Shown here one piece after another: positions 17,008 to 27,186 of a stretch of 64,000 nt of DNA; positions within the stretch are counted from its first letter, which is position 1; each line of letters opens with the position of its first letter. This DNA is from a virus. The stretch spans positions 1 through 64,000 of the IMG/VR virus record IMGVR_UViG_3300021505_000001; one strand, 5' to 3'. Below the pieces are notes generated by a model that was not told where the DNA came from, did not search any database, and was given only the letters and a program-made list of their open reading frames with translations. The position numbers were made by a program, and so were the translations under genes.

Positions 17008-17259
17008 ATGAGTGATATGAAAAAGCTTATGCAGTTAAAAAATTTGGTAGATTCTCTTGAAAAAGAATTTTCGCAACTTGTCGGTAGCCGTAATGAAATT
17101 TTGTCTCAAATTAAAGAAGAATTTGATATTGATAATATCAGAGACTTACGAGATAAACAAGGTGAATTGATAGAAAAGCGAGATTCTCTTCAAAAAGAAC
17201 TTTCAGAAAAACTGAATGGTATAGAAGAAAAATTAAATAATATGGGTGTTTCGTTATGA
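17008..17259 (+). CDS. coiled-coil protein, possibly the middle piece of a split Rad50/SbcC
   Basis: All-helical heptad pattern; lies between SbcD and the SbcC C-terminal half. Confidence 0.6.
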   Translation: MSDMKKLMQLKNLVDSLEKEFSQLVGSRNEILSQIKEEFDIDNIRDLRDKQGELIEKRDSLQKELSEKLNGIEEKLNNMGVSL

Positions 17260-17870
17260 TAGATATTAGTCGATTGAGAGAAGCTTATGATAAGGAAGTA
17301 GCTAAAAGAGACTTTCTGTTGGATAGAAAGAAATTGATTGAGAATGATTTATCAGTTTGTAGAAAAGATTTACAGGGCGCTATTGGTGCAGTTGAACATA
17401 TACAGAAAGTTTCTAAGCTTACGATGGAGGAAATTAAGCATAAAGTAAGTGATTTAGTTTCTATTGCTTTTGAGACTATATTTCCTAATCCTTATAAATT
17501 TGAAATAGATTTTGTTTCAAAGCGAAATAAAACGGAATGCGATCTTTACGTTGTACGTCCGAATGGTACTAAAATACATCCACTTGATGGTAGTGGTGGG
17601 GGTATAGCTGATGTTTGTGGTTTTGCATTAAGAGTGACTTATTGGACTTTAAGAAATGATTTACGAAATATTTTTATACTTGATGAAACTTTCAAATTTG
17701 TTTCAGAGGAATATAGAAGTTTTTGTGCCGAATTTCTTAAGAAAGTTAGTTATGAACTGGGAGTACAAATAATTATGGTTTCTCATCTACAGGAAATAAT
17801 GTATAAAGCTGATACAGTGTATAAACTCACTAATGATGGAGTTAAAGCATCTATATCAAGGATGAATTGA
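17256..17870 (+). CDS. Rad50/SbcC C-terminal half (ABC signature, Walker B)
   Basis: GSGGG signature, IFILDE Walker B, MVSH H-loop; no Walker A. Confidence 0.85.
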   Translation: MIDISRLREAYDKEVAKRDFLLDRKKLIENDLSVCRKDLQGAIGAVEHIQKVSKLTMEEIKHKVSDLVSIAFETIFPNPYKFEIDFVSKRNKTECDLYVVRPNGTKIHPLDGSGGGIADVCGFALRVTYWTLRNDLRNIFILDETFKFVSEEYRSFCAEFLKKVSYELGVQIIMVSHLQEIMYKADTVYKLTNDGVKASISRMN

Positions 17871-17871
17871 T

Positions 17872-19041
17872 ATGTTTTTAGATAATAATTGTGTAATAGA
17901 TAATCTTAATAAGTTAATCGATAAACCAAAACTTCTTTATGAGTATTCACGTTTTGTCTGTGGTAAAGAGATAGATTCAAAATATTTGATGAAGCTAAAA
18001 CTTCTTGGTATATGCTTTGATACATGTAAATACAAACGTTTGAAGCGAAATAAGCGTAAGTTACAACTCAGTGGGGGCATCTATTCAAAGTCTGAGCAAA
18101 GTGTTGTTGATCAGAAGCCTTCTAACAATAAAGCTAAAAAACCCCAAAAATATGCTGATATTTTTGAATCTTCTCAAGAAGAAGTAAAAGAGGTTATACT
18201 TTATTGGAAATCTAAAAGTAACTTACGAGATATAGTTATTACTCGGAGGACAAATATTTTAGTCTCAACAATAAATCATCTTACGTCTAAATTGAAAAGG
18301 TTTAGTGTGGATGATTTTAAGAAGGCTATAGATGTTTATTCTAAGTTTATTGACATGTGTCCGTCTCATTTTGTAAATTTTGTTGGCTTTCGTGTTTCCT
18401 TGTTAGAATTTATATCCTATAAAAATGAAACTCGAAAAAGAATGAGTGAAAAGAATCCCTTTAAAGGGGTGAGTTCTTTATTTATTGTGTGTCTTAAAGG
18501 ATTGCCTTATATGCTTTCTAATTACATGGGATTTAATTTGACTTCCAATGTTTCTGAATATTTTGATACTATTGTTTCTGTTATTGGGATACACTATATA
18601 GTATTGTTTAAAAGAGACTCAATCCCTAATCAAATTCGATTGTCTTTAACTATGAAATATTCTGATGTATATAAATTCTGTGATTCTATAAATTATGTTG
18701 ATTTTAATTTGTATGTGGATACAGATGATTATTCTTTGATATTCAAAATATTTAATATGATGTTTAATACTATAGATATTGACATCACTGATACCATAGA
18801 TGTATATCGTTATGTCAGGTCCTTATTTGTAGCAGCAGGTTTTAATTCCCCTGCAACTGATAAACCTTTACCATTTATTTTTTCTGCCATAACAAGAAAT
18901 ACTTGGAAAAAATTACTTCAAAATGAATTTTCACGTCGTTCGTTTAAAACTTCTTTACAAGATAAAATTGTTGAAGATATAGATATATCAGATACAATAA
19001 CAAATTTAAAAGTGGAGATACCAACTCTAAATGTTACTTAG
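17872..19041 (+). CDS. hypothetical protein, possibly replication initiation-related
   Basis: 389-aa ORF in the replication operon; EVILYW...DDFKKAIDVY helical segment weakly resembles phage initiator C-terminal domains. Confidence 0.55.
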   Translation: MFLDNNCVIDNLNKLIDKPKLLYEYSRFVCGKEIDSKYLMKLKLLGICFDTCKYKRLKRNKRKLQLSGGIYSKSEQSVVDQKPSNNKAKKPQKYADIFESSQEEVKEVILYWKSKSNLRDIVITRRTNILVSTINHLTSKLKRFSVDDFKKAIDVYSKFIDMCPSHFVNFVGFRVSLLEFISYKNETRKRMSEKNPFKGVSSLFIVCLKGLPYMLSNYMGFNLTSNVSEYFDTIVSVIGIHYIVLFKRDSIPNQIRLSLTMKYSDVYKFCDSINYVDFNLYVDTDDYSLIFKIFNMMFNTIDIDITDTIDVYRYVRSLFVAAGFNSPATDKPLPFIFSAITRNTWKKLLQNEFSRRSFKTSLQDKIVEDIDISDTITNLKVEIPTLNVT

Positions 19042-19954
19042 TTATTCTACACTCAGAGATTTTTCATGTCCTTTGAGGTTTGTCTTTTCAAGGCAAAACT
19101 CCAATATAAACAAGATAAAATCTTTTATAGGAGTTATTGTCCATAATCTTTATTATAGAGCTTTATCTAATCGTAAAACGTCTTTTGAGTTTTTCGATAA
19201 AGAATATCTACATAATATGATTATGGATTGGGAACATCCACCAATAAATCTTACCGAACTTTTTTATGCAGTTAAAAAACACTTACATTCAGAATTCCTT
19301 CAAAATTTGGAATGTTATTTTGATTCTAAAATTGAGTTAGAAACAGTTTTTGGAATATGTATTGAAGATTTAATTTCTGTAGTAGAAGCAGATTCTTGGT
19401 TGTTTATCAAACCTGATATTTTAATAACTACTGATGATGAAATCATAATATATGATATAAAGACTTCTAAAACAATGTCCCCTGATATAAATCAGTTATA
19501 TTTTTATCTTTGGGTGGTTGGTAAATTTAAAGAAGTTAAAAGTTCAACAAAAACAAGGGGTTATATATACAATACATTTTTTAATAGTGTTAAACCCTTA
19601 ATATTTTCGAATTTTAATAATATTGAATGTATTATTAAAAGAAGATGTGCTTCTATACATAAAGTTTACTCTTCTGTTGACATAAAGCATATTTTATATG
19701 TACCTTCTATGATACATGAAAAGCTTATGTCTTTGAGATCGAATGATAGTATATCATTAAATAATCTGGTTAAGAATCTTCCATTTAATACTTGTGAAAC
19801 TTGTTATTACCGTTATTTATGTCCAGTCAATCGAAATCCAAAAGACTTTGATATATTTGAATTTCCAATAGATGAAAAGGTAATACATGTTAAAGCATAT
19901 AATATTAATTATACGGAAAGATATTTAGGAATAGAGTTATCTGGTAGAAACTAA
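19031..19954 (+). CDS. PD-(D/E)XK nuclease (RecB/Cas4-like, probable Fe-S staple)
   Basis: LSYS...CP, KPDIL, YDIKTS, QLYFY and C-terminal CETCYYRYLCP. Confidence 0.8.
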   Translation: MLLSYSTLRDFSCPLRFVFSRQNSNINKIKSFIGVIVHNLYYRALSNRKTSFEFFDKEYLHNMIMDWEHPPINLTELFYAVKKHLHSEFLQNLECYFDSKIELETVFGICIEDLISVVEADSWLFIKPDILITTDDEIIIYDIKTSKTMSPDINQLYFYLWVVGKFKEVKSSTKTRGYIYNTFFNSVKPLIFSNFNNIECIIKRRCASIHKVYSSVDIKHILYVPSMIHEKLMSLRSNDSISLNNLVKNLPFNTCETCYYRYLCPVNRNPKDFDIFEFPIDEKVIHVKAYNINYTERYLGIELSGRN

Positions 19955-20874
19955 TGATAAATTTGCTTATTGAGTCTTTTGATATAATAGCTTTTTTTGA
20001 AAATAGAGGTATTTCTTATTTTACAGAGGATACTAATTGTAGTGATGGTTGGGTAAATATCCAATGTCCTTTCTGTGATGATCATAGTAATCATCTGGGT
20101 ATAGCTATAGATACTAAAAAAGTTCATTGTTGGAGATGTGGGAAGCATTCACTTTTTGATTTAATTAAGGAAATCGATGGTATTTATAGCTCTCATCATG
20201 TTTATCGTGTATTAAAAGAATTCAAAGGTGATATTAATGATATTATTGTAAAGTCTACAGTTAAAGAAAATAAACTAGCTTCCACCTTTAATTTTCCTAA
20301 AGAGTTTAGTAAAAAATTCCCTCCAATTGCTATTGATTATTTAAAATCAAGAAATTTTGTACCAGTTGAATATTATATTAACAAGTATGATTTGTATTGG
20401 GGTGGGAGTATAGTAGGTAATTTTAAGTATAGGATTATCTTTCCTGTTAAGGTTAACGGAAGTATAGTTAGCTTTGTTGGAAGGGATGTAACAGATATTT
20501 TAGAACCGAGATATAAGAATTGTCCAAAGGTATTATCTACTATTGCAATAGAAAATACATTTTTTAATGTGGATAATTGTTTTGGAAATAAAGTCATTCT
20601 TGTAGAAGGTCCTTTTGATGTAATGAGAATAGGAGATGGTTGTATTGGTTCTTTTGGAATCCAATTAAGTGATTCACAGATTAAATTTTTATCTTCTAAT
20701 TATGATGAGGTTACAATTGTATTTGATTCAGATGCTATTGAAGTTGCTAAATTTGTTGCAAATCAGATTGGTCCTTTTTTAAATAAAGTTAGAGTTATAC
20801 ATCTTGAGAAAGGATTTGATCCAGCTACACTTCCTGATGAAGATATTAACATTCTTAGGAGAAAATTTTTGTGA
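19954..20874 (+). CDS. dnaG: DNA primase
   Basis: CPFC...H...CWRC zinc finger; RIIFP, FVGR, PRYKN; TOPRIM LVEGPFD and FDSD. Confidence 0.9.
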   Translation: MINLLIESFDIIAFFENRGISYFTEDTNCSDGWVNIQCPFCDDHSNHLGIAIDTKKVHCWRCGKHSLFDLIKEIDGIYSSHHVYRVLKEFKGDINDIIVKSTVKENKLASTFNFPKEFSKKFPPIAIDYLKSRNFVPVEYYINKYDLYWGGSIVGNFKYRIIFPVKVNGSIVSFVGRDVTDILEPRYKNCPKVLSTIAIENTFFNVDNCFGNKVILVEGPFDVMRIGDGCIGSFGIQLSDSQIKFLSSNYDEVTIVFDSDAIEVAKFVANQIGPFLNKVRVIHLEKGFDPATLPDEDINILRRKFL

Positions 20875-21215
20875 AAAGAAAAAATAAACGTAAAAAAGTT
20901 AAGAAAAAACAAATAGTTAAAGGAAATTGTTCATATTGTAAAATGTGGACTTCAGCAAAACGAAGAAAAAAAATGGGTGACGGTACAACTCAGATGAGGT
21001 ATTGTATAGTTGTAGATGATTGGGTTACGGCAAGGAAAAGTTGTGAAAATTTTACTTTAACAGATTTTGTTTTTTGTCCATTGATACAAGGTCGTAGGCA
21101 TCATTATGTTTGTTTAAAACTTGCTAATAATAAAGATTGTAAAAAATGTCAGACAGGTAAAATAGTCAGATTTTATAGACCCTTAAAGAGATTCGCAAGG
21201 AAAAAGGGAGTTTAA
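20871..21215 (+). CDS. basic cysteine-rich hypothetical protein
   Basis: CxxC pairs; overlaps the primase stop. Confidence 0.65.
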   Translation: MKRKNKRKKVKKKQIVKGNCSYCKMWTSAKRRKKMGDGTTQMRYCIVVDDWVTARKSCENFTLTDFVFCPLIQGRRHHYVCLKLANNKDCKKCQTGKIVRFYRPLKRFARKKGV

Positions 21216-21223
21216 TTTTATAA

Positions 21224-22867
21224 ATGGGAGCTATAGTTGAGGTTGAAGAAAATTTAAACTATAGGTTTGAAGAAGATATACTGCTGGCAACAATTATATC
21301 AGAAAGCTATTTGAAAGTATTGCGTTCAATTTTTAAACCTGAGTATATCACTAATTCTCTTATACGGGATGCTATTAAATGGTGTATTAATTATTTTGAG
21401 AAATATGGAAAATCTCCTAAGTCAGATATCAAACAATTTCTTGATATTGGAATAGTTAAAGGTAAACTTAGTATAGAAGATGAAAATTTACTAAAGAAAT
21501 TATTATCCCGTCTTAGTAGAGAGATTGAACATGTTAGTAGTTTTAATACTCAAAATTATATAAATCATACAAAGCATTATTTTGGGCGTAGAGATTTAGA
21601 GATTCGAATATCAGAAGCCAATTATCTTCTACAAAAAGATGATATTGAAAGAGCCAATATAATTCTTAAGGAAAATAAGAATATAACAGAATTAAGTGGG
21701 CGTGCTTCTAAAATATTTACAACTAATATAATTGATGCCACTTTATCAGAAGAAGCTTTACAATCAGTATTAGTACTTCCTGGAGAGTTGGGTAGATTAT
21801 TTGGGGCAATAAGAAGAGGATGGCTTGTTGCTTTTCTTGCTCCACCAAAGGTTGGAAAGTCTACAGCTTTATTGGAATTGGTTTTTCTTGCTGTAAATAA
21901 TTTCAAAAAAGTTCTTTATATTAACCTTGAAATGGATGAAATAACTTGTAATTTACGTTTTTATCGGCGTTTTCTTGGTTTACCTACACCTGCTGATTTT
22001 TATGATAAAGATGTTTATCCTGTTATTGTTCCTCAATTTGATTGCCTTCATAATCAATCAGGTGCATGTTTTCATAGTGGACGTGAGGGAGGTGCTTCTA
22101 TAGCTGATAGTATTGAAAGAAAAATTCCATATAAGCCTTGTAAATATTGTTTTGTTAATAAAGATGATCAATGGGATGAAGAACCACCAATAATAACTTC
22201 TTTTCCAGTAAAGCAAAATTTCAGTTTATCTGATTTTGTAGGTAATTACAATGATTTAAAGGATGGTATCCGTAAATATAAAGAAAAATATAAACATAAA
22301 TTACAGAGTATAACTCGACACTTAACGACATATTTAAGGGTTGCAACATATCCTTCTTTTGTGGCTACAATAGATGATATTCGTGCTGAAATAGAACTTC
22401 TTGATTTGGAAGAGGGGTTTAAACCAGATATTATAATAATTGATTATGCTGATATTCTCTTTAATAAAACTAATGATAGGCATGGACTTGATAAAATATG
22501 GAAGGAAATGAAAGCGTTATCAGGTGAAATGTCCAGTTTAGTTGTTTCGGCTTCACAAACTAATCGTCCTGCTCTTAATAAAATTCTTAGAGGACAGGAG
22601 GATGTTGCAGAAGAATTTAAAAAAATGGGACATGTGGATATGTTTATTGGTTTATCACAGTTGCCATTTGAGAAAGAACATGGTTTAATGCGTTGGAATA
22701 CTGTGGCACATAGACATCGTGATTGTGTTCCAACAAAACAAGTATATGTTACAACATGTAATAGTTTAAATATAGGTTTACTTGATACTGTTTTGTGTAA
22801 TAAAGCAACTCTTAAAAGGGTGGCTACAAAAATGCGTGAAATAGATAATTTAAACAGAAGAAAATAG
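21224..22867 (+). CDS. dnaB: DnaB-like replicative helicase
   Basis: Walker A APPKVGKS, INLEM, IIIDYAD, SASQTNR; Cys-rich insertion. Confidence 0.88.
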   Translation: MGAIVEVEENLNYRFEEDILLATIISESYLKVLRSIFKPEYITNSLIRDAIKWCINYFEKYGKSPKSDIKQFLDIGIVKGKLSIEDENLLKKLLSRLSREIEHVSSFNTQNYINHTKHYFGRRDLEIRISEANYLLQKDDIERANIILKENKNITELSGRASKIFTTNIIDATLSEEALQSVLVLPGELGRLFGAIRRGWLVAFLAPPKVGKSTALLELVFLAVNNFKKVLYINLEMDEITCNLRFYRRFLGLPTPADFYDKDVYPVIVPQFDCLHNQSGACFHSGREGGASIADSIERKIPYKPCKYCFVNKDDQWDEEPPIITSFPVKQNFSLSDFVGNYNDLKDGIRKYKEKYKHKLQSITRHLTTYLRVATYPSFVATIDDIRAEIELLDLEEGFKPDIIIIDYADILFNKTNDRHGLDKIWKEMKALSGEMSSLVVSASQTNRPALNKILRGQEDVAEEFKKMGHVDMFIGLSQLPFEKEHGLMRWNTVAHRHRDCVPTKQVYVTTCNSLNIGLLDTVLCNKATLKRVATKMREIDNLNRRK

Positions 22868-22881
22868 CAGGAGGATATCTA

Positions 22882-23880
22882 ATGAAAGTAAGTACAAAAG
22901 AATTTAAGGAAGTATTGACAAAACTTAGTCCCGCCTTTAGTAAAGCTGATATAGATATATTTAGTTATATTACATTTGATAAAAAAAATATTGTATCCTA
23001 CAATGATAAAGTATGTGTTATACATCCATTTCAGACAGAAATAGAATGTTCTGTAAAGGCATCTCCTCTTTTTGACATTATTAAAGGTTTAAATGATCAG
23101 GAAATAGAAGTTGAAATTAAAGATTCTAAATTATTTCTTAGTGGGGAAGATATTAAGGCTGAATTATCTCTTGGGGATAATACTATCAATGAATATATAC
23201 AGAATATTTCTGAGATAGATAAAGAATGGAAACCTGTTCCAGATGATTTTCTTTATGGTATTAAATTATGTTCTTTTTCAGTTTCGAAGGATATAGCACG
23301 TCCATTTTTGATGGGAATACATGTAAATAAATCAACTATTTGCAGTTCTGATAACTATCGTATTTCCCGTTATAAATTATCCTTTCCAATTGAAGATTCC
23401 TTTTTGATACCAGGTGTTACAGCCAAAGAGCTTTTAAAATTTTCGATAAAGGAATATGCACTTCATTTACCATGGGTAATATTTAAGACAAATGATGGAG
23501 TTGAATTTTATGTTAAACTTTTGATGGTAGAATTTCCTGATGTGGAGAAGTTTTTTGATAGTATGGATGGATACGTATTAAAAGCTCCTGAGAAACTTAA
23601 ACCTATTGTAGATTCACTCTCACCTTTTCCAGAAGGGGATATGCCAATAGAAAGAAAAATAACACTTTATTTTGATGGTAAAAAACTCAATTGTGAAGCC
23701 TTTTCACAGGGTGTTTATGTAAAGAGATGGATAGAAGGTGTTGAAACTGAAGATGAGCTGAAGATACAAATGAGTATTGATTTTTTAAGGGCTATCCTTT
23801 CTCAAGCAACTGAAATGATTGTTAGTAAAGATAAAGTAATGTTTAAAAAAGAAAATTTTGAGCATCTTATGACTATATAG
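22882..23880 (+). CDS. dnaN: DNA polymerase III beta sliding clamp-like protein
   Basis: SVSKDIARPFLMGIHV, SSDNYRIS, FLIPG, EFPDVEKF match beta-clamp domain II motifs; 332 aa. Confidence 0.78.
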   Translation: MKVSTKEFKEVLTKLSPAFSKADIDIFSYITFDKKNIVSYNDKVCVIHPFQTEIECSVKASPLFDIIKGLNDQEIEVEIKDSKLFLSGEDIKAELSLGDNTINEYIQNISEIDKEWKPVPDDFLYGIKLCSFSVSKDIARPFLMGIHVNKSTICSSDNYRISRYKLSFPIEDSFLIPGVTAKELLKFSIKEYALHLPWVIFKTNDGVEFYVKLLMVEFPDVEKFFDSMDGYVLKAPEKLKPIVDSLSPFPEGDMPIERKITLYFDGKKLNCEAFSQGVYVKRWIEGVETEDELKIQMSIDFLRAILSQATEMIVSKDKVMFKKENFEHLMTI

Positions 23881-23892
23881 GAGAGTTCCCTT

Positions 23893-26800
23893 ATGGAAGG
23901 TTTCTTTTTTGATGATTCTGTACCTGTAAATAAAAATTTACAGTTGTCAAATAAAAGAAGAGAAAGAGCTTTAATGTTTCCTGAGTTGTTGTGTGAGGAA
24001 TGTTCTCTTTATAAAAGATGTAATTCCCCCAAAATGGAATATACAGGGGAAGGTAGATTAAAATGTTTAATAATTGCTGAGGCTCCAGGTGAAAAAGAAG
24101 ATGCTTTAGGAAAACAACTAGTTGGAAAAGCAGGAAATTTACTACGTCTCCGTTTAAAAATACTTGGTTTAGATTTAGACAAGGATTTTTGGAAGATTAA
24201 TGCTGTAAATTGTCATATTCCATTTAATCGAAAGCCAAAAGATAAAGAAATTAACTGCTGTTGGAATTATCTTGTTGAAAAAACAATTAAAAAGTTAAAA
24301 CCAAAGGTAATTTGGCTTTTTGGAGAAGTTGCAGCTAATTCTTATTTTAAGAATAGATTTGGTCTTGAAAAAAGATCAATTTCAAAATGGAGGCGTTGGT
24401 GTATACCTGACTATGAGTTGGGTTGCTGGGTTATTCCTTTATTTCATCCCTCTTATATCCTTAGAAATCAACACGATGTTCTTCTTAGTAAAATTTTTGA
24501 TAGAGATTTGGTATTTGCTAAATCTTGTTTTTCTAAAGAAGCTCCTGTAAAGCTTGGTATAGATTTTATAGATTCTAAGATAAAAAAGGTAGTTTCATTT
24601 CGGGAGGTTGTTTCTCTTTTAAGAGAGACAATGAAAAAAGATATAATAGCTTTTGACTATGAAACTTCAGGACTAAAACCTTACCATCCAGAACACCGTA
24701 TATGGTCTATATCTGTAGCTTGGGATAATGATTTTGCTTTTGCTATACCCTATCAATATACTGGTCATTTTGGGGAAAAAGAACAGTTAAAAATAAAAAG
24801 TTTATGGAGTAGAATTTTAGAAAATCCAAACATAAAAAAGATAGCTCATAATTTGAAATATGAAGATCATTGGTCATCTGTTTTCTTTACTGATGTAAAG
24901 GGATGGTATTGGGATACAATGGTTAATTCTCATATCCTTGATAATAGAGGAGGTATATCCAGTCTTAAATTTCAAACATTTATTCGGTATGGAATTGTTG
25001 GATATGAAACAGAAGTAAAAAAATATATGACTCCATTGAAAGGAAGTGTTCGGAATAGACTTGATGAATTTCCACTTAGAAGCTTACTTAAATATAATGC
25101 TCAAGATTCTTTGTTTACGATGTGGATTTATAATGATCAGGCTAAAATTTTGAACAGAGATAAAGACAGTCGTAAAAAAGCTCGATTATTTTTTCATAAA
25201 GGAATATTAGCATTATCTCAAGCTGAGAAGCAAGGGTGGTGTGTTGATGTAGATTATTATAATAAGAAAAACAAAGAGCTTGAAGATAGGTTAGTAACAC
25301 TTGAAAGTGAACTATTAAACCATAAAGCCTCAAAAGAATTTAAAAAAAGATTTAGAAGGGAACCGAAAATACGTTCAACAAGAGACCTGCCAACTATATT
25401 ATATGATATATTGAATCTTACAACAAATAAATTAACAGCTACAGGTGCTAAGTCTGTAGATAAGACGGTAATTCAAGAGTTTGCTAATCAAGGAAATTCT
25501 TTTTGTGAAAAATTGCTTGAATACCGTATGATTGATAAAGCTAAGAATACTTATCTTCATCAGTTTAAAATAGAGGTTTCCTTTGATAATAAAATTCATC
25601 CTGTATATAATTTACATATTCCAAAGACATATCGTTCCTCTTGTTCTAATCCAAACGCTCAAAATCTTCCAATCAGAATAGATTTAGTTAAAAAGATAGT
25701 CAGAGGTGGCATTATTCCAAGTCCAGGGCATAAAATTCTTGAAGGGGATTTTGGGTCTTTGGAAGTACGTATTGGGGCATGTATTCATAAAGACCCTAAT
25801 ATGATTAGATATATTCTTGAATCTGGTACAGATATGCATCGTGATACAGCTTGTGATATATGGATGCTAAAACCAGAGAATGTATCTAAAAAAATACGTT
25901 TCTTTGCTAAAAACTGTTGGGTATTCCCACAGTTTTATGGGGATTGGTATAAATCTTGTGCTTATAATTTATGGGAAAATTGTCTTGACCTTAAGACAGA
26001 AGATGGTGTTCCATTAAAAGAACATTTAAAAACATGTAAAGTTAGTGTAAGAGACCCAGTAACAGGAGTTGTTATTGAAAGACCAATGACAACTTATGAT
26101 GTTTTTGAGGAACACTGTCATCATGTTGAAAATATTTTTTGGAAAGAAAGATTTAAAATTTATGATAAATGGAAAACAGAAATCACTGAATTCTACCGAG
26201 ATCATGGATATATAGAGACACCTTTCGGATTTAGGTTAACAAGTCCTATGTCCAAAAAAGAATGTAGTAATTATCCGGTGCAGGGATGTTTGCAAGGACA
26301 TTGTAAAGTTTTAACAAGTAAAGGGGAGTATCGTATTGATTCACTTGTTAATAAAGTTGTTAAGGTATGGACAGGTTTTGAGTGGAAACCGGCAATAGGT
26401 GTTAATAGAGGTAAATGCCGTTTAGCAACTGTTACATTAGAATCAGGATTGAAATTAGATTGTGATATTAGACACGAGTTTAAAGATGTTCATTTGGAAT
26501 GGGTAAAATTTGAAGATTTAAAAGTAGGGGATTATATAGCACTTCCTAATTTTAAGTTTCATAATCCCTTTCCATATAAAAAAACACCTTATAAGTTTGG
26601 AATTAATGATCAAATATTACCTACAGACTTATATTTAAATAAACAGAATCTTTTACATAAGATTTATAATTGTTGCAAATTTCCCGTTGAAATTGTAAAA
26701 TATGGAATAAAGAATATTTTTAATTCTTTGTTAAGAAATAGTATATCTCATACGTTATTTGATAAGAGTGAGGCTGAATATATTTGTACACGATTTTATT

Positions 26801-27186
26801 GTTTTGATAAGGTTAAAGATATACAGATTCATAAAGAAAAGGATTATACTTATACAATGTCAGTTAATGATAATTTGCATCAATTTGTTGCAGATGGTAT
26901 AATTTGTAAAAATACAGCTTTTCATTGTCTTTTGTGGAGTTTTATAGAATTAATAAATATTCAAAGGGAAAGAAAGTGGAAATCTAAACTTATCGGACAG
27001 ATACATGATAGTATAATTGTGGATTTGTGTCCAGATGAACAGGATGAAGTTATTGAAACGATGGAATATATTATGACAAAAAAACTTGTTGAGGAAAATC
27101 CTTGGATTATTGTTCCATTGGAAGTTGATTTTGAAATAACAGGTATTAATGAGCCATGGTCCGAAAAAACTGATTTGGTAAATTAA
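23893..27186 (+). CDS. polA: family A DNA polymerase fused to an N-terminal family-4 uracil-DNA glycosylase domain, intein-containing
   Basis: UDG: CEECSL, IAEAPGEKED...LVGKAG, FHPSYILR. Exonuclease: FDYETSG, HNLKYE, YNAQD. Polymerase: PNAQN, GDFGSLEVR, RFFAK...FYG, NYPVQG|TA, QIHDS. Confidence 0.95.
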   Translation: MEGFFFDDSVPVNKNLQLSNKRRERALMFPELLCEECSLYKRCNSPKMEYTGEGRLKCLIIAEAPGEKEDALGKQLVGKAGNLLRLRLKILGLDLDKDFWKINAVNCHIPFNRKPKDKEINCCWNYLVEKTIKKLKPKVIWLFGEVAANSYFKNRFGLEKRSISKWRRWCIPDYELGCWVIPLFHPSYILRNQHDVLLSKIFDRDLVFAKSCFSKEAPVKLGIDFIDSKIKKVVSFREVVSLLRETMKKDIIAFDYETSGLKPYHPEHRIWSISVAWDNDFAFAIPYQYTGHFGEKEQLKIKSLWSRILENPNIKKIAHNLKYEDHWSSVFFTDVKGWYWDTMVNSHILDNRGGISSLKFQTFIRYGIVGYETEVKKYMTPLKGSVRNRLDEFPLRSLLKYNAQDSLFTMWIYNDQAKILNRDKDSRKKARLFFHKGILALSQAEKQGWCVDVDYYNKKNKELEDRLVTLESELLNHKASKEFKKRFRREPKIRSTRDLPTILYDILNLTTNKLTATGAKSVDKTVIQEFANQGNSFCEKLLEYRMIDKAKNTYLHQFKIEVSFDNKIHPVYNLHIPKTYRSSCSNPNAQNLPIRIDLVKKIVRGGIIPSPGHKILEGDFGSLEVRIGACIHKDPNMIRYILESGTDMHRDTACDIWMLKPENVSKKIRFFAKNCWVFPQFYGDWYKSCAYNLWENCLDLKTEDGVPLKEHLKTCKVSVRDPVTGVVIERPMTTYDVFEEHCHHVENIFWKERFKIYDKWKTEITEFYRDHGYIETPFGFRLTSPMSKKECSNYPVQGCLQGHCKVLTSKGEYRIDSLVNKVVKVWTGFEWKPAIGVNRGKCRLATVTLESGLKLDCDIRHEFKDVHLEWVKFEDLKVGDYIALPNFKFHNPFPYKKTPYKFGINDQILPTDLYLNKQNLLHKIYNCCKFPVEIVKYGIKNIFNSLLRNSISHTLFDKSEAEYICTRFYCFDKVKDIQIHKEKDYTYTMSVNDNLHQFVADGIICKNTAFHCLLWSFIELINIQRERKWKSKLIGQIHDSIIVDLCPDEQDEVIETMEYIMTKKLVEENPWIIVPLEVDFEITGINEPWSEKTDLVN
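26287..26913 (+). mobile_element. mini-intein (209 aa) in polA
   Basis: Starts CLQGHCKVLT, block B-like CDIRHEF, ends HQFVADGIICKN before +1 Thr. Removal restores NYPVQGTA. Confidence 0.9.

Noticed and set aside
19031-19954. Cas4 as part of a CRISPR-Cas system
   Set aside because: No cas1/cas2 or array; stand-alone PD-(D/E)XK nucleases are common in phage replication operons
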